A stretch of 64,000 nt of DNA from Albugo candida (taxonomy: Eukaryota): assembly GCA_040437565.1 (NCBI GenBank), contig JBDOQK010000022.1:248001-312000 (forward strand), given 5' to 3'. Made by a program: the position numbers and the translations under genes. Below the pieces are notes generated by a model. That model ran no database searches and was not told where the DNA came from. It saw only the letters and a program-made list of their open reading frames with translations. Positions 27,564 to 40,781 of the stretch are shown piece by piece; within the stretch, counting starts at the first letter, position 1; each line of letters begins with the position of its first letter.

Positions 27564-28487
27564 ATGCGTGCGGGTGAACAACATTCCTACAAACAGAAAG
27601 AAACCGAAAAATCGACCATCATTCCGGACAACTATCGTGTGTGTATTCAGCAATTGGATGCGCATTTCCGTACGACAGTGAGCGCGATGGAGCATCAAAT
27701 GGAGTTGATGACGCAACAAAACGAGCTTTTAAAAAAACGTTTACATCGTGCGGAATCCACACAACGGATGCAGGGAGACGAGTTGCGGCGAATAGAGGAG
27801 TGCTTGCAATTATCAAGAGAAGAAATTGTAGCTGTTCGCGTCGAAGCGAATGAAATGATGCGGCAGGAACGTGCATACTGGACGAATGAATATCAATCCA
27901 GCAAGGAAACGGAAATAAATGAACTACTACAATACATTGAAGAATTGCAGGGTACGGTACAATTAAGAGATGAAGATATATGGAAATTACGGTACGCCAA
28001 TCAGGAATTGAAATGTCTTTTGAGTCGAATGATACCGAAAGATCAAATGCATGCAAATCAATGGCAATCACCCCACGAAAACAATTATGTCCACCAGAAG
28101 TATCCGCAGACGCGAGCGGAATCGTATGAGGTCAAAGGCAGTCGGAAAACAACGCGTCAACAAGCATTTACAGAGAAGCACAACCTTACCAGTGGAGAGA
28201 TCGCAATCCAAACGCTCGTTCTATGCGATGCAGAAGATCTTTCCCGCTCCTCTTCAAACGCTTCCATTTCGCCAACGATGTCACCAAATGGTACTTCCGT
28301 TTTAACCCGAATTGAGGCCTCAATTGAAGCTAAAGATGGACGGGAGGATCGCGAGCCGATACGATGGAGTCTGGCCGATGATCACGAATTTGACAAATTG
28401 CCATCTCATACAAGCCGACTAGAGGTGGAACTGGCGACACTTCGGTCAAAGCTAAAATTATGTCAGGAGCAAAGTGGTGCATTGTGA
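27564..28487 (+). CDS. Hypothetical coiled-coil protein, 307 aa
   Basis: Long ORF with an E/Q/L-rich heptad region in the N-terminal half and a short C-terminal coiled coil; no recognisable family motif. Confidence 0.65.
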   Translation: MRAGEQHSYKQKETEKSTIIPDNYRVCIQQLDAHFRTTVSAMEHQMELMTQQNELLKKRLHRAESTQRMQGDELRRIEECLQLSREEIVAVRVEANEMMRQERAYWTNEYQSSKETEINELLQYIEELQGTVQLRDEDIWKLRYANQELKCLLSRMIPKDQMHANQWQSPHENNYVHQKYPQTRAESYEVKGSRKTTRQQAFTEKHNLTSGEIAIQTLVLCDAEDLSRSSSNASISPTMSPNGTSVLTRIEASIEAKDGREDREPIRWSLADDHEFDKLPSHTSRLEVELATLRSKLKLCQEQSGAL

Positions 28488-31424
28488 AAGTCGAATTTAT
28501 AGACTGTAAGCCATCAGTACAGAATTTGTTGCTGAAAAGACAAATGAAACGTCGGATGTCGAACGAGCTGAAATATAGATTTTTTAGAAGAATCTCATCG
28601 ACAAGTACGACCGAAACCGCCTCAGTCTTCAAGTGGGAAGCGATATGTCGGGCGTAAGTCTTTTTCGTTCTCAGTACTGAAAATATTCTCCCAGTTGCCA
28701 CGAATAAAGCATTTGGATGACATTGGGCCGTTGCAAATAGGAGCTCTCGTCTCAGCTTCTCGAGTCCAAGTGCTGAATTGATCATTCTATCGTCGACATG
28801 GCGTGGCGTGGCACTAGGATTGTCTCGCTACAAGCGAGCTTCCGTGCAAGATTTCGTCGAAAATGGAATCACGCCAATGAAACTCCAGCAACATCCTCAA
28901 ATCAATCGACAATAGCGCAAGCTCACCGCCAGGGTGTAGTGTACAACAGTACACCACCAAGAAAATCCATCAGTCTTTGTACACTAGCACCGGATGCTCA
29001 TTGATCCGACAATGCGTATATGTGATATAACTTCACTGGACCACAGTGAAGTTCAATGTTGTGTGCACTGGAAGTTCACTTTCGGTATTCCTCTTTGCAG
29101 CCAAATACGCTTTTTCAGCAGTATACAATATCGTCTTAATGGAATTTGTCGATCACGCCAAATTGAGAATTGGTCACAAATGGGAATATATGCATGCATG
29201 GTGTACCTGCCCGCCATTTCTTTGAAATGCTTGTATGGAAGGTAGACTTGCATTCAAAAACTCTTCTCTGATATGACCCAAGTGGGAAGAAGCCCTCCAG
29301 CTATACAAGGAAGAATGTAAGGCACATGGTTGAAGGATGAAGATGCGTCATTCTTTTCTACGTGCAGAGACCACTGCGCACAAAACGTCTTTTTATACAA
29401 GTCTATGACTCAGTCATGTCTTCGCCTAGAGCTCTCTGGAACCATCAGGGGCGTCAGCGTGGTGATCTTTGACACATTGGTTCAACGCTTGACCAAATAT
29501 GATTTCAGAGCATGGTCATCTTCAAGCAAGTAACGTCTAGTCAAGGTATGTTGTCGGAAAAGATAAATTTGACCTGTGATTTGCGGCATTTTATTACTCA
29601 AGCAACCTACCTAGAAGCAGCATTGATGGCAGTAATCGAAAAGTGCAGTGCCGGAGAGGAATACCAACTTAGGGAAAACGAAGCAACGACTTCAGCATGC
29701 TTGCTGTCGATTCCGTATGAGCTGGAAATATGCGGAACGAAGACTGTTTGACGATACAGCGCATATTCGGTATGAATGACAATAGAGGCACGCAACACCG
29801 CGTTGATTAAAAGAGACGAATGCTTTCGATAACTTGAGAAAGAAGCATTCTGATCGTCGCAGTTTTGCAAGGATTCTATAAAAGAAGACATGCTACAGAG
29901 CATATTATCTCGGTAAACTGCCGTAGCTAAATACAAGTCTAAAAGGAGCTTACGTTTTATAGAAAGAGCTCTGACACGAATATTTGACCATTGTACCATT
30001 CAAATATTGTCAGTTGCAATTCCAATCGTCCAAGTATTATGTGGGGCGCTAGTAGGGCCGCCTTTCATAGATAGAGAACTAAACAAATAGCTAAATTGGC
30101 AACTTTCATTCAGATTCAGAGACAATAACGCATTTTTGGGGCTAAAGAATTTCAGTGTCTCAACGCGATTTAATAATTCCGAAGTGAGACTTATTCGCAT
30201 GCATAAATCATGTCATGAATCTACCTGGAAAAAAAGTGGATCACCATGTTTTCTTTCGCATATATTGATATGTTCTGCCTCAAAATTTTGTGTCATCGTC
30301 CGTGATGAAATTATATTTCGTTTCTGTATGTGCGAATTGAACCGTCATTATCTCGATCGAATCATCATGTAGGAATGTCTTGTGCTTTGTTCAACCACAC
30401 TCGAAGCATCAGAGTTGCATGTTTGAGCTATTGAATGATTCTTGACGAAAAGAAGAGCGATAAAACAAAAACAAGCATGGGGAAAGTAAGATACCTCGAA
30501 CAAACACAGTATCTTCTCGAAGCGAATCAATATGCTGGATATTTTTCTTTATCAGCAATACACACGTATCATGTCGGCGCACAAGGTTACTAGAACATGC
30601 TTATTAAGCAATTATTTAAGGCTTTCACATGTCACAGATTTTTGAAACAATCAGGTGATACTGTGTATTTCTTCTTCACACGACAGCAGGAATGATTTTG
30701 AGTGTACTGTTCTATCTCGTTTTAAAGCACGCTAGGAAGTTCTCCAAAGTGCTGAGTCAGCATATTACCAATCTTTACTCTCGTACCTACGAGCAGCCTG
30801 CTTTTTATCCGCTTTTTCTCTCATACAATATCGGCACCTGCATCATTTCATACGGTGTTGCCGCCTCTGTTGGCTACTGGACTTAAATCATCAAATCCTG
30901 TCAGAAATGGTACCGAGGCGGCCAGAGACCTGACAACATTCCAGCCGATCAGATACCATCTTCCGACATGTCGACCCATATGTCGGTGGTCCATTCTTTT
31001 CTAATATATTCTCCTCAGATACCACCGTCATTCAAGCGTGTGTATCGTCCTGTTTTGTGTCATGGTTATATTATCCTATCCAAAAGCTTGTGCAAAGTTG
31101 CAATTTTGCTTCCGCAAATGTATTAGCTGACACAGCATTCGCTATTCCTCCAGTTCTAATTAGTTTATCTTGCGTGTTCTATTACTGCATTTTCATTTTT
31201 ATCAAGCTTCACATCACATGATTCTAATAAGTATTTGCTTCTACATTTCCGCAAAGGAGGTATAAGCCAGCTGTTGATAGTGTTTTCTACAGACTAAAAT
31301 AATAAAGTACGACTTCCATAAATGTTTCTTTCCATAATCTCGTTACATTGGTTGATAATCATCAGATTATCTCTGACGTCAGAATGATAATGCAAACCAA
31401 TCGCTTATGCGGAGATTTACAGAA

Positions 31425-31522
31425 GACTACTTCTTCTACAAAATGAATGGACTGAACGAGCCAAAAAAGTTGGGTTTAGACACAAGGGTTGAATTCATTG
31501 TTCAATTTCAAATCGTCTGACC
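31425..31522 (+). promoter_or_regulatory. CCG gene proximal promoter with INR/FPR-like element (TTCATTGTTCAATTTCAA) and a block shared with two paralogs
   Basis: TACTTCTTCTACAAAATGAATGGACTGAA aligns with the same position upstream of the paralogs at 43885 and 62863. Confidence 0.6.
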
Positions 31523-33616
31523 ATGCTGCATCAACACTGGCTTCTCTTCTTAGTTGTGTGGCTCATTGGCATGGTAGCTGATGCCAATAAGTCAGTATAT
31601 ATCACCGTCAAATTGTCTTCGGTAAGCGACCTAGTCAAGTGCCAATCCTGCCTAACAGACATTGCCGGATTGAATCGTCTTTCGCTTGCACATATTGAGT
31701 CGATCATGTCAGATTCAAATACACCGTCTACCCTTGCAGTTTTCAAAGCGTCTGGTTTGGTGTCTTCTTTTTTACGAGCCGGTATTGATTGTCAGCACAT
31801 TGGCCAATGCGACTCCATAACAGTACCGCATTTTGATATTGCGAGCACAGTACCATCTTCTCCCCGATTTCCAATTAACGCCGATATGACACCGCTTGTT
31901 ACGTATTGCCTTCTCACAGATTCGCCAAAGAGTGTTGAATGCGGCATGTGTCTTAAAATGGCGAGTGGCTCTGAGAGCATACAAAAATTTCGACTGGTAA
32001 ACATGGATGGAAGCGTAAGATATTTGCATGTGCTAATCACTTGGCAACAAGACATCCTTCAGCCATGTCTGTTGTCTGATATATGTAGTGGACCAACCTA
32101 TGAATTTGTTGACGCTTCTTGTAAGCATCTTGTCAAGAAAATCTCCTTGCCTCCTTTATTTGGTGAAAGTAAGAATACTCCATCGACACCAAATTACTAT
32201 GCACATCAAGATGTATTTAAATCCACGATCGATTCAATCCGTGAAAGTATAGCATGGGAGCCAGAATGCTTTCGAACTACTGCGTCCCACAGCTCACGGA
32301 CGTCTTGCCTTGACTGCATGGCGCGTCAGTCTCGTGGAATAGCAGTACTGCTCGCGTATAATACCATGGAATTCAATTCTGAGGGACATGCAGGGGATAG
32401 TGAACAATATATCCTTGTGCTATCACAAAATCCTCAAGTTTTGCCGGAGATATGTAGACTTATGTGCACAACGGTCGAATCAGTAGTAAAGGAGACATGT
32501 ACGCAACTCTCTACCAGCAATGTCGATTATTCGTATCCCCAAGGCAAGATCTACTACAATATGCGCATACAATCTTACAGGAGGCCCGAAATCGTTCAAA
32601 CTATTCTGAAAAAGCATGAAACTTCAAAGTGTATGAGGGTTGNNNNNNNNNNNNNNNNNNNNNNNNNNNNNNNNNNNNNNNNNNNNNNNNNNNNNNNNNN
32701 NNNNNNNNNNNNNNNNNNNNNNNNNNNNNNNNNNNNNNNNNNCAAATGTGATGCAATCTGATACGGTCGAAGTCTTGAACTCATTATTCGATGAGATCAA
32801 AAGTTCAATCTGCGACAGCCTTCTTACATCAAGTTTGGCCTTTAACTCCAAGCAATCCTGGCACAGTTTCTGATTCTTTGGCTCGTGTTCAACCCTCATA
32901 CACTTTGAAGTTTCATGCTTTTTCAGAATAGTTTGAACGATTTCGGGCCTCCTGTCCAATTCTGTATACATTCCGATCCATCACTTCCCGGTCGTAATGG
33001 TAATATTTTGCGGATTCCCCCTACAAAGAACAAACTCCTGGTCAGTACTAGTAGAAGATGGCCAGAAAAACCTACTCTAGATTGTTATACTTGCCTGACC
33101 TCGAGGATGGATATTTTGCTTATCGATTTTTTTTATCCCACGAGCTTTTGGATGGTGGGTGGTCCACAGGAAAACTACTGTTTCATGGAGTGTGGAGTCT
33201 TAAATATGGCTAAAGAGGAAGCCCTAGATATCTCTTCGCTTCGACCAATATCTTCGGAGTCACTGGAACTTCGATATCGTTTGGCTGGTCAAGGGGCGGA
33301 GATGAATATTTGGACCAATCAAGAACGTGATCACTCTTCTCCTATATATGGTGGTAGTACAAGTCAAGTACAGCATGTAGAACAAGGGAGACAGAGAGAA
33401 GGAGCCAAGAAGAACACGAATTCAAACCGTAAGAATAAAGGCAAGCGAAGTAGCTCTTCCGCGAGAAAGGATGGATATGATGGTAGAAATGAGGAGCAAG
33501 ATAATGAAAGATTTGGAGCCGAACAGAAGACGAGGGCCTACTTCTCACTTTATGAGAATATGCTTGCAGACGCGAATATGGGTAATCCAGCTGATACATA
33601 TCGAGGGAATTGGTAA
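31523..33616 (+). CDS. CCG effector (signal peptide + C40-QS-C43-LTDIA-G49), interrupted by a gap and an inverted internal segment (32743-32955)
   Basis: MLHQHWLLFLVVWLIGMVADA signal peptide, KCQSCLTDIAG, and collinearity with the 61211-62863 paralog. Module 4 (LCQDCLELKAK) reads on the minus strand after the gap. The plus strand resumes at PVQFC and continues through DCYTCLTSRMDILLID to a stop at 33616. Confidence 0.85.
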
Positions 33617-36600
33617 TCAGATAGCCTTAAGCTTCTGTCAGGGTCCTGCGGGTAATGAGCATAGGTTGGCGAGATAGTTTTACTACCTTGCCATCTCTAC
33701 CACTTACACAATGTAGGAGCTTTAATCAATCAATGCATATAAAACCTCCACTCTTGATTTGTTATGTGAACTTGCTCAAATCAAGGAGGAAACGATGACT
33801 AGCGTCAGATTCCAAAAAACGATCGGACTTACTTTTTAGTTTATTCGCTACCCTTCAATGACAGATTTTTCCTGCATTTTCCAATGGTATCCATAAAGCT
33901 ATGAAAGCCAGCATTACAAGAAGGATTTAAAATTTCCATTTCGAATTCGTTCAAGCTTTAATCAACAACAATGACCACACTCTTTTAGATCCTATAATAA
34001 AATGGCCTAGTCTATCTATCGAGTCAATATCGATAAGCAAGAGGGCGCTTGTCTATAGACTTTTGATCAAGGATAATGCTTACAAGGTCATTAGCGCGAC
34101 AGCTGATCTCATAAGAAAAGGTGTAGTGCGTATAGCAGAGTACACTTTCTATAATTTGCGTTTTACCATTTCAGCATTTTTTTTTCTTACCACTACTCGA
34201 TCATTTTTTATCAAACTTGAACAACGCTCTGTATCGTTTCATACGTGAATAAGTTATGCTAACTCAATTAGTTTGATCTCTAAGCTGCATATGCTATATT
34301 GATAGTGGTCCTCTACGCTACAAAACCTTGATTCCACGGACTTTTGTGAGTCTGAAGGGTGTTTTACTTGACGACAGTGCTGGAAGTAATATACTAATGA
34401 TGTGTGACGAATAGGATTTCGATCAAATCCACTCAAATGAATCCTCTTCTTCCTTGGTAGGTCGTATGGTAGTAGTTCATCTTTATGTTGACTCAGGTCA
34501 ACCTTCGTGTACGTCACTTCCCTAAATTTCAAGTGTATCTGCTGTTTCTCGGCGGTTTGATATAATGGTTGAATTCTGTCGCAGCCAAATACTGCCGATA
34601 AAAAAGCACCACTTGGACTTTGAATAATATTTCCTTCGTCCTTACTACTCTGCCATCTCATTGCCGTGCATAGGCTCTTCTAGCCACAACCGTTCTTCGA
34701 TCGCTATCTGTTAACGAGAAAGATAAGCGAAGTGTCGTTAATGAAGGATGCAGCAACTTCATAAGAATCAAGAAATAAAGCTAAAGATAGATAGAAACTA
34801 TATGTACATGTTTTCCATGATTGCACGGCTCGTTCCAGCTACGAGTGAAATGAATCAAATAGGCTTTAGAATGGGCATCAATAGACACCGTTACATTTAA
34901 GGCCACTCAGCGCTCATAGAATAGAAAGAAGGAGGAAATGTGATCGTGAATATCCAACAAGCAGCAATACCGTTCTCGCTTGTAAGCTTCTTATTTCGCT
35001 CCAGACGGATATCCTAATTGTCACTCTAGCAACATGACTCATTGATGCCAAACTCTGATTGCTGTTTAGATATGATATAAGTCGTCATTCATTCACCTCA
35101 GAACACTGCCGCTGACTAGACTTAGTTGATACAGAACACTTTTGCTAGGAAATCCGAGGTGTCAAAGTCAAGTGGCATGGTCGAAAAACAAATCTAGATA
35201 AGACATGGAACGAATGTATAGACCAAATAGAGGTCACAGCTGTCGCAGTAAGTCGCTTTACTGAAGGAAGGCAAAAATAGGATTAAGTATATTATTCATG
35301 ACTGTTAGTTTCTCTTCCTACGGCCTTTGTTGCTTACTTAGGTACTTTTCTATAAGAATAAATAATCAGTTCCTCTTTTGATCGGTTAAAGACACGTGCC
35401 TTGTTAAGAAGGCGTCTCGAGATCTTGTAAGAGTAAGTCAAGCCTTGTTGAGGCGTTTAGACTCTTGAGCACTTTGTGCTGTCGATTCTCAGTCATTAGG
35501 TCCCTTGAACTAGGACTTTTTGCTTTCAAGCTTGTTAGCTCGTTGAGCCGTGTTTCTATAGAACTAAATTGCTCGCTAAGCAGATGGCATTCCTATGGCA
35601 AAGAGCTATTGTAGCTCCACTACAATCTATAATAAATCTGCTTTGCTTCGCCTACATTGACTTTACAACAATCAAGTCCCCTTCCTTGTCATCTTTCTTG
35701 CTCTTGGAAGCACTGAATATATCCATACTTCAAAATCTCCAGCCATCACATTGCAAATCAAAGATGTGAATTTGAAACTTGGATCATCCTTGATAGGTAG
35801 CGACTACTATCCTTTAAAAATCCAATATCTAAACAAAAGCTTTAAAGACTTTGAAGAGCCATCATCTGGGCAAACTACTGGATTGCGCTTCTTTGATGTT
35901 GTTCCGCTTCCTTGTGAGAAAATTTTGCTTTATGTATAAGAATTTTGTGCGAGATTTCTTCCGCCCCTTTTTTATGGGCCATCCTCACGATGAGTGCAGT
36001 TTGGTTCTAATTTTGCTGAGCCAACATATTCAGTGTAATCTTTCAATCCGCTTGCACTCGCGCTGTCGTTGCTTCTCTCTGTAACTTGCGCCATTCTATA
36101 TGGACTGCAATCCAAAGAAAGGCAAGTCATATCTTCCTGGACTTCTCGATACGGGAATAATGGATCGATTCTTTTCAAAATAATTGAACCTCATCTATAG
36201 CGAAAAGTTAATTCTTGCCATACGGAGGCTGAAACATCTACTGTATGGACTTCTGAATGTCTCTGCTTGTACAAAGAAGAAAATCTTAATGTATTTTATA
36301 GCTCGAGTGGATGAAGCAACGAGTACAGAGCATCAGAGAAGAAGTTCAGGCGAGGAAAGTGTATTACTTTGTTTCTCAATTTATCGTCCACGAATTGCGA
36401 TGAAGAGAGATTGTATCAAAATTTAGATCAGAAAGAAATATGTGTTGGCATGAGATCCATATAGGGATATTCTAGTTTTTCTGATGTCTGTTGAAATATA
36501 GCATCGGTGAGGAGTTGCATATAATGCAAAAAAATTGTTTAATGCTCTCCATTGAGGACGATCTTGGATAGACCAGAGAAGGTATTGAGCCTTGAGATTA

Positions 36601-36659
36601 ACCTATTTGAAACCATTTCATTTACCGCCGGGATACACCTTCTCGTCTTTCTTCTAAAT

Positions 36660-37431
36660 ACGTCCTACGGGTGGATAACTCACATATTTGATCGACATGG
36701 TCCCAGATTGCCAGTATGAGATGAATGGCCAGGAAGAATACGACAGTGCTGATTTGATGGAGACATTTGATTTTGCTAAATACTTGCTACGTCGATGCTC
36801 ATGTACCATTGTCGTTAACTAACCTTGTCGAGATGTAAATATTGTAATAAAGGACTTGCAAGTCTGCAAAATAAAATATCCCTAGTGGACGCGATTTTCT
36901 TCGTTTCTTTCCTGTATTGTATTCCTTTAACGTCCCAAGGGAAGTGCCAGCTAATCAAATACATGCCATCGATCATACGTAGCTATTTAGTTTTTNNNNN
37001 NNNNNNNNNNNNNNNNNNNNNNNNNNNNNNNNNNNNNNNNNNNNNNNNNNNNNNNNNNNNNNNNNNNNNNNNNNNNNNNNNNNNNNNNNNNNNNNACGTC
37101 CTACGGGTGGATAACTCACATATTTGATCGACATGGTCCCAGATTGCCAGTATGAGATGAATGGCCAGGAAGAATACGACAGTGCTGATTTGATGGAGAC
37201 ATTTGATTTTGCTAAATACTTGCTACGTCGATGCTCATGTACCATTGTCGTTAACTAACCTTGTCGAGATGTAAATATTGTAATAAAGGACTTGCAAGTC
37301 TGCAAAATAAAATATCCCTAGTGGACGCGATTTTCTTCGTTTCTTTCCTGTATTGTATTCCTTTAACGTCCCAAGGGAAGTGCCAGCTAATCAAATACAT
37401 GCCATCGATCATACGTAGCTATTTAGTTTTT
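36660..37431. repeat. Direct duplication 36660-36995 = 37096-37431 across a gap (assembly overlap)
   Basis: Apparently identical 336-bp copies flank a 100-N gap. Confidence 0.9.
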
Positions 37432-40400
37432 GCTTGACGTCGCCAATGTGAGCTTTATATTAGAGGTCAGACGTGCACGATAATTGCGTTGAGAAACCCC
37501 TACACTCACGTGATTTTAGTGCAGTTCTCACGGAGTGCCGGTCGGAGTTAGTTGATAAATAATAGACGAGAAACCAAATATCTTTCTGGGGGTGCTATGA
37601 TAACCGAGAATGCTTGAGAGCTCTTGGAAACGAAGGCGGGGATGAAGACATGTATCCATGAGGAAGCTTTCATCAGTTAGACGTTACTTGGCGAAAATAT
37701 GGGGTCCTTACTCAGATCGATACCCAAAATATACATAATGCGCTGAATTTTTGCGCGTGATAGCCAAATTCCATTTATTGTACCAAGCTGAGCCAGCAAC
37801 ACTTCTGCCACGTCTGAATTTTGATCTTGAGTTTAGGTCATGTTCAAACGTCAGGTCGGGTTTTGTAGTCTTTGTAGTATGTTGAGGACTCCGACCCGCG
37901 GGAAAAAAGACATATTGGAATATTTTTGTTCCCATCTCTTCTAGGCCGACGGATACACATGCTTGATACTACGACTGGGATGATACAACTCGGCGTTGGT
38001 AGAATTGAAACCTCAACACTATCCAAAAAAGCAGCGTAGATTACTCAAGGACCACGTCGAATGGCGTCAAGATTCTGTTCTAATCTACAAGAATCTGAAG
38101 ATCCTTGATTCTATCATCTCGGGTAGTCAGCAAGCCTCGATGGAATTGATGGCAAGTCAATGAATGGACTAATTGTATCACATTGATCCTCGTTGACGTT
38201 TCTGGATTACATTGGAAGATTTCTTTAGCGACTAGAGCTTGTATCGAGCAGGCTGTTATTAAGCGATAGAGACAGCGTTTTAATTTCGAACATTCTGTAG
38301 AGACCTGTTCGAAGAAATCAATTCACGATAGCCTCTTCGTGCGGAGTAATGACTTAAATGTGCATTTCACTCGAACTAAGGATCACATGTTTGCGTCATA
38401 CCCCAAGGACAATATGTAGCAGTTTAATATATTAGAAAATCTTTTCGTAGGGAAATGTTGTCCCTGGTGACGTTCTTTCACACATAGCAAACATACCGAA
38501 GCAAACTGATATGCAGTTCCGTACACGGATAAACACAATAGTAAAACAATTTCTAGTTTTACTGTAAAAACATTACGACTGTAGGTGGTGATCGCACCAG
38601 ACACAAAGTGGAAAACATTCATGTCTACTTGAATTAGTTGGAGTGAAAAAGACAACAGAAACGATTCGCTAACATGCCAGCATACAAGTTTATCCCATAA
38701 ACTTTATGAAGCATCATTGGGAAGAAAGCATTCATTATTTTGAGGCAAGTAAACGTATTGATTGTCTCTGTGACTTTCAGCAAGGTCTCAATCGGTATAA
38801 CGATCAAGGCATTCCACATACGGTTATTCCTGGAGAACCGAAGTTAGCATTGTCAAATTTAATCGCTGAGCTACATATTTGATGAAAGTAGACAGCCGAA
38901 TCTCCTACCATGATGGATGGAGCAAGCAATGTCTGATAAAATTCATCAACCGATGCGTACGATTCCATGCTTTCATTTTGAAGCTGTACAGCATGACCGG
39001 CTTTCCCAATGACCTATTGTAATTGGAGACCAAAGACTTAAGCACATTTTCCACCAGAATAATCCTCAATTTTTGATGAGAGGATGTCATATAAAGGAAT
39101 TTTGTGACACCACGAATATATATACTCTTAAGGTGACTTCCTTGTTTATTCGATTGTGTTACAGCCCATTTTATCTCCTGGGACATCGTGACAATTTTGT
39201 ATCAGATACGTGGATACAAAATTTTGTGGGACCAACATGGAGAATGAATTAGAATATTTTATATGAAATTGTGTAGAAGTGAGATAAATCGTGTGCTGAG
39301 ACCGATAGAAGAAGTTTTTGATACGACGAAACCAAATGGGATAACACACATCAGGTATATGTGTACGGTGAGACGAAAACTCGAGGTAACGAATACCTAT
39401 TGGTACTTCATGAATGATGCTTGTAAGTAAGATTGAAAGATGCGTAAAATGTGAGGGAATTCAGGGAAACAGCAGATTGTTTGATATAATCATTTATTGG
39501 TTTTGTTGTATGGCACTCACGGGATCCAACACTAGATGACCACAATAACCTACTCCGTGGAATATAGTGAGTTCTGACATCAGTACGTCGCTCATCGTCT
39601 CGAGATACTTCTAAGTGTAAGAGTGGCCGAAAGAGAGTGTCGCGTCGTTTGAGCAAGCTCATATTCCGTTTCCAATAAGTTATGTGGATCCTATGATGTG
39701 CGTTGTGCCGGAAAGAACTCCACAAGACAGAGAGGTGAACACAAATTGGAACTATAATCAACGGTCTTAGTTGCCATCGACTAGAAATACGTTTAATTAA
39801 TTTTCACTCGGTCATGTCATAAAACGGACCACTAAATGTGCTAGTGACCAATTTGGCCTCGATATATGAATTTGCTTCAATGCCTAATGGTAAGAGATAT
39901 AGTACATATTCAAATAGAGACACCTCGCTCATGACTTCGGGAGTCGAAACATGGTCTCATGACGAGTATTAACACAAAGAGGATACTCTATGTAGTGTGG
40001 CTACCAGAACAGAAGGGAGTTGAAAGGCTTTGGATTTTTCAAGCTTGCATTTTGACGCTGCATCCAGTCGAGGTAGATGTGATGAAATGCGCTTCCTTGG
40101 ATCATACCGTAAAGAGAATGGGAGAGACTTGAGTCAAATTCGAGAGAAGCCATGTACGGGTTAAGTTAGGTGCGCACACCATCATACACAACAACTATTA
40201 TCATTCGACTTGGCATGAAATACAGACACAGTCGCGAAGTCTCATTAAAAATGTAATCTATACTAACCATTGCATAAAGATGAGAGAGGACGGCAAAAAA
40301 TTCCGTCAAGTAAAGAAAAGCAGGAGCAAAACAAGCATTACCTTACGTAAAAGTGTTTTTTGGCTAGCAAACTTGCTATGGCATTGTTGATTCCGTAGGC

Positions 40401-40781
40401 ATCAACTAATCTCAATATAGTATACAGGCGTGTGCTTCTTTCCTGATGAATCTTGACTGATTATATAATTAACCGTTTTGTAGGATTGAGAAGAGTTAGG
40501 TAAGCTTTGGTGAATATATCTCATTTGGATTTAAAAGGGCAAACGGCCGTGCAAGTGTCTTCTTTCATATGGAAGTTTCCTTCACCGAAAGCAATGCTGA
40601 CCTCTAGTAGACTGTATGCATGACATCAGTAAACGTTACTTTTCCATTGGTAATTGTACACGTGATAGATCATGCAAGATGGTAAGAGGTTTTAGCAAGC
40701 TATGTTTATTACCGATAAAACACTAGATAGGATCTAATGGATAATCGTACCTGATAGAGCGATATTTGAATGCCTGTACGC

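Noticed and set aside
28798-30886. Cluster of short ORFs on both strands
   Set aside because: No coherent gene model or family motif; possibly decayed sequence.
34254-39761. Possible ancient TE or gene relics
   Set aside because: I could not identify diagnostic motifs or terminal repeats by eye.
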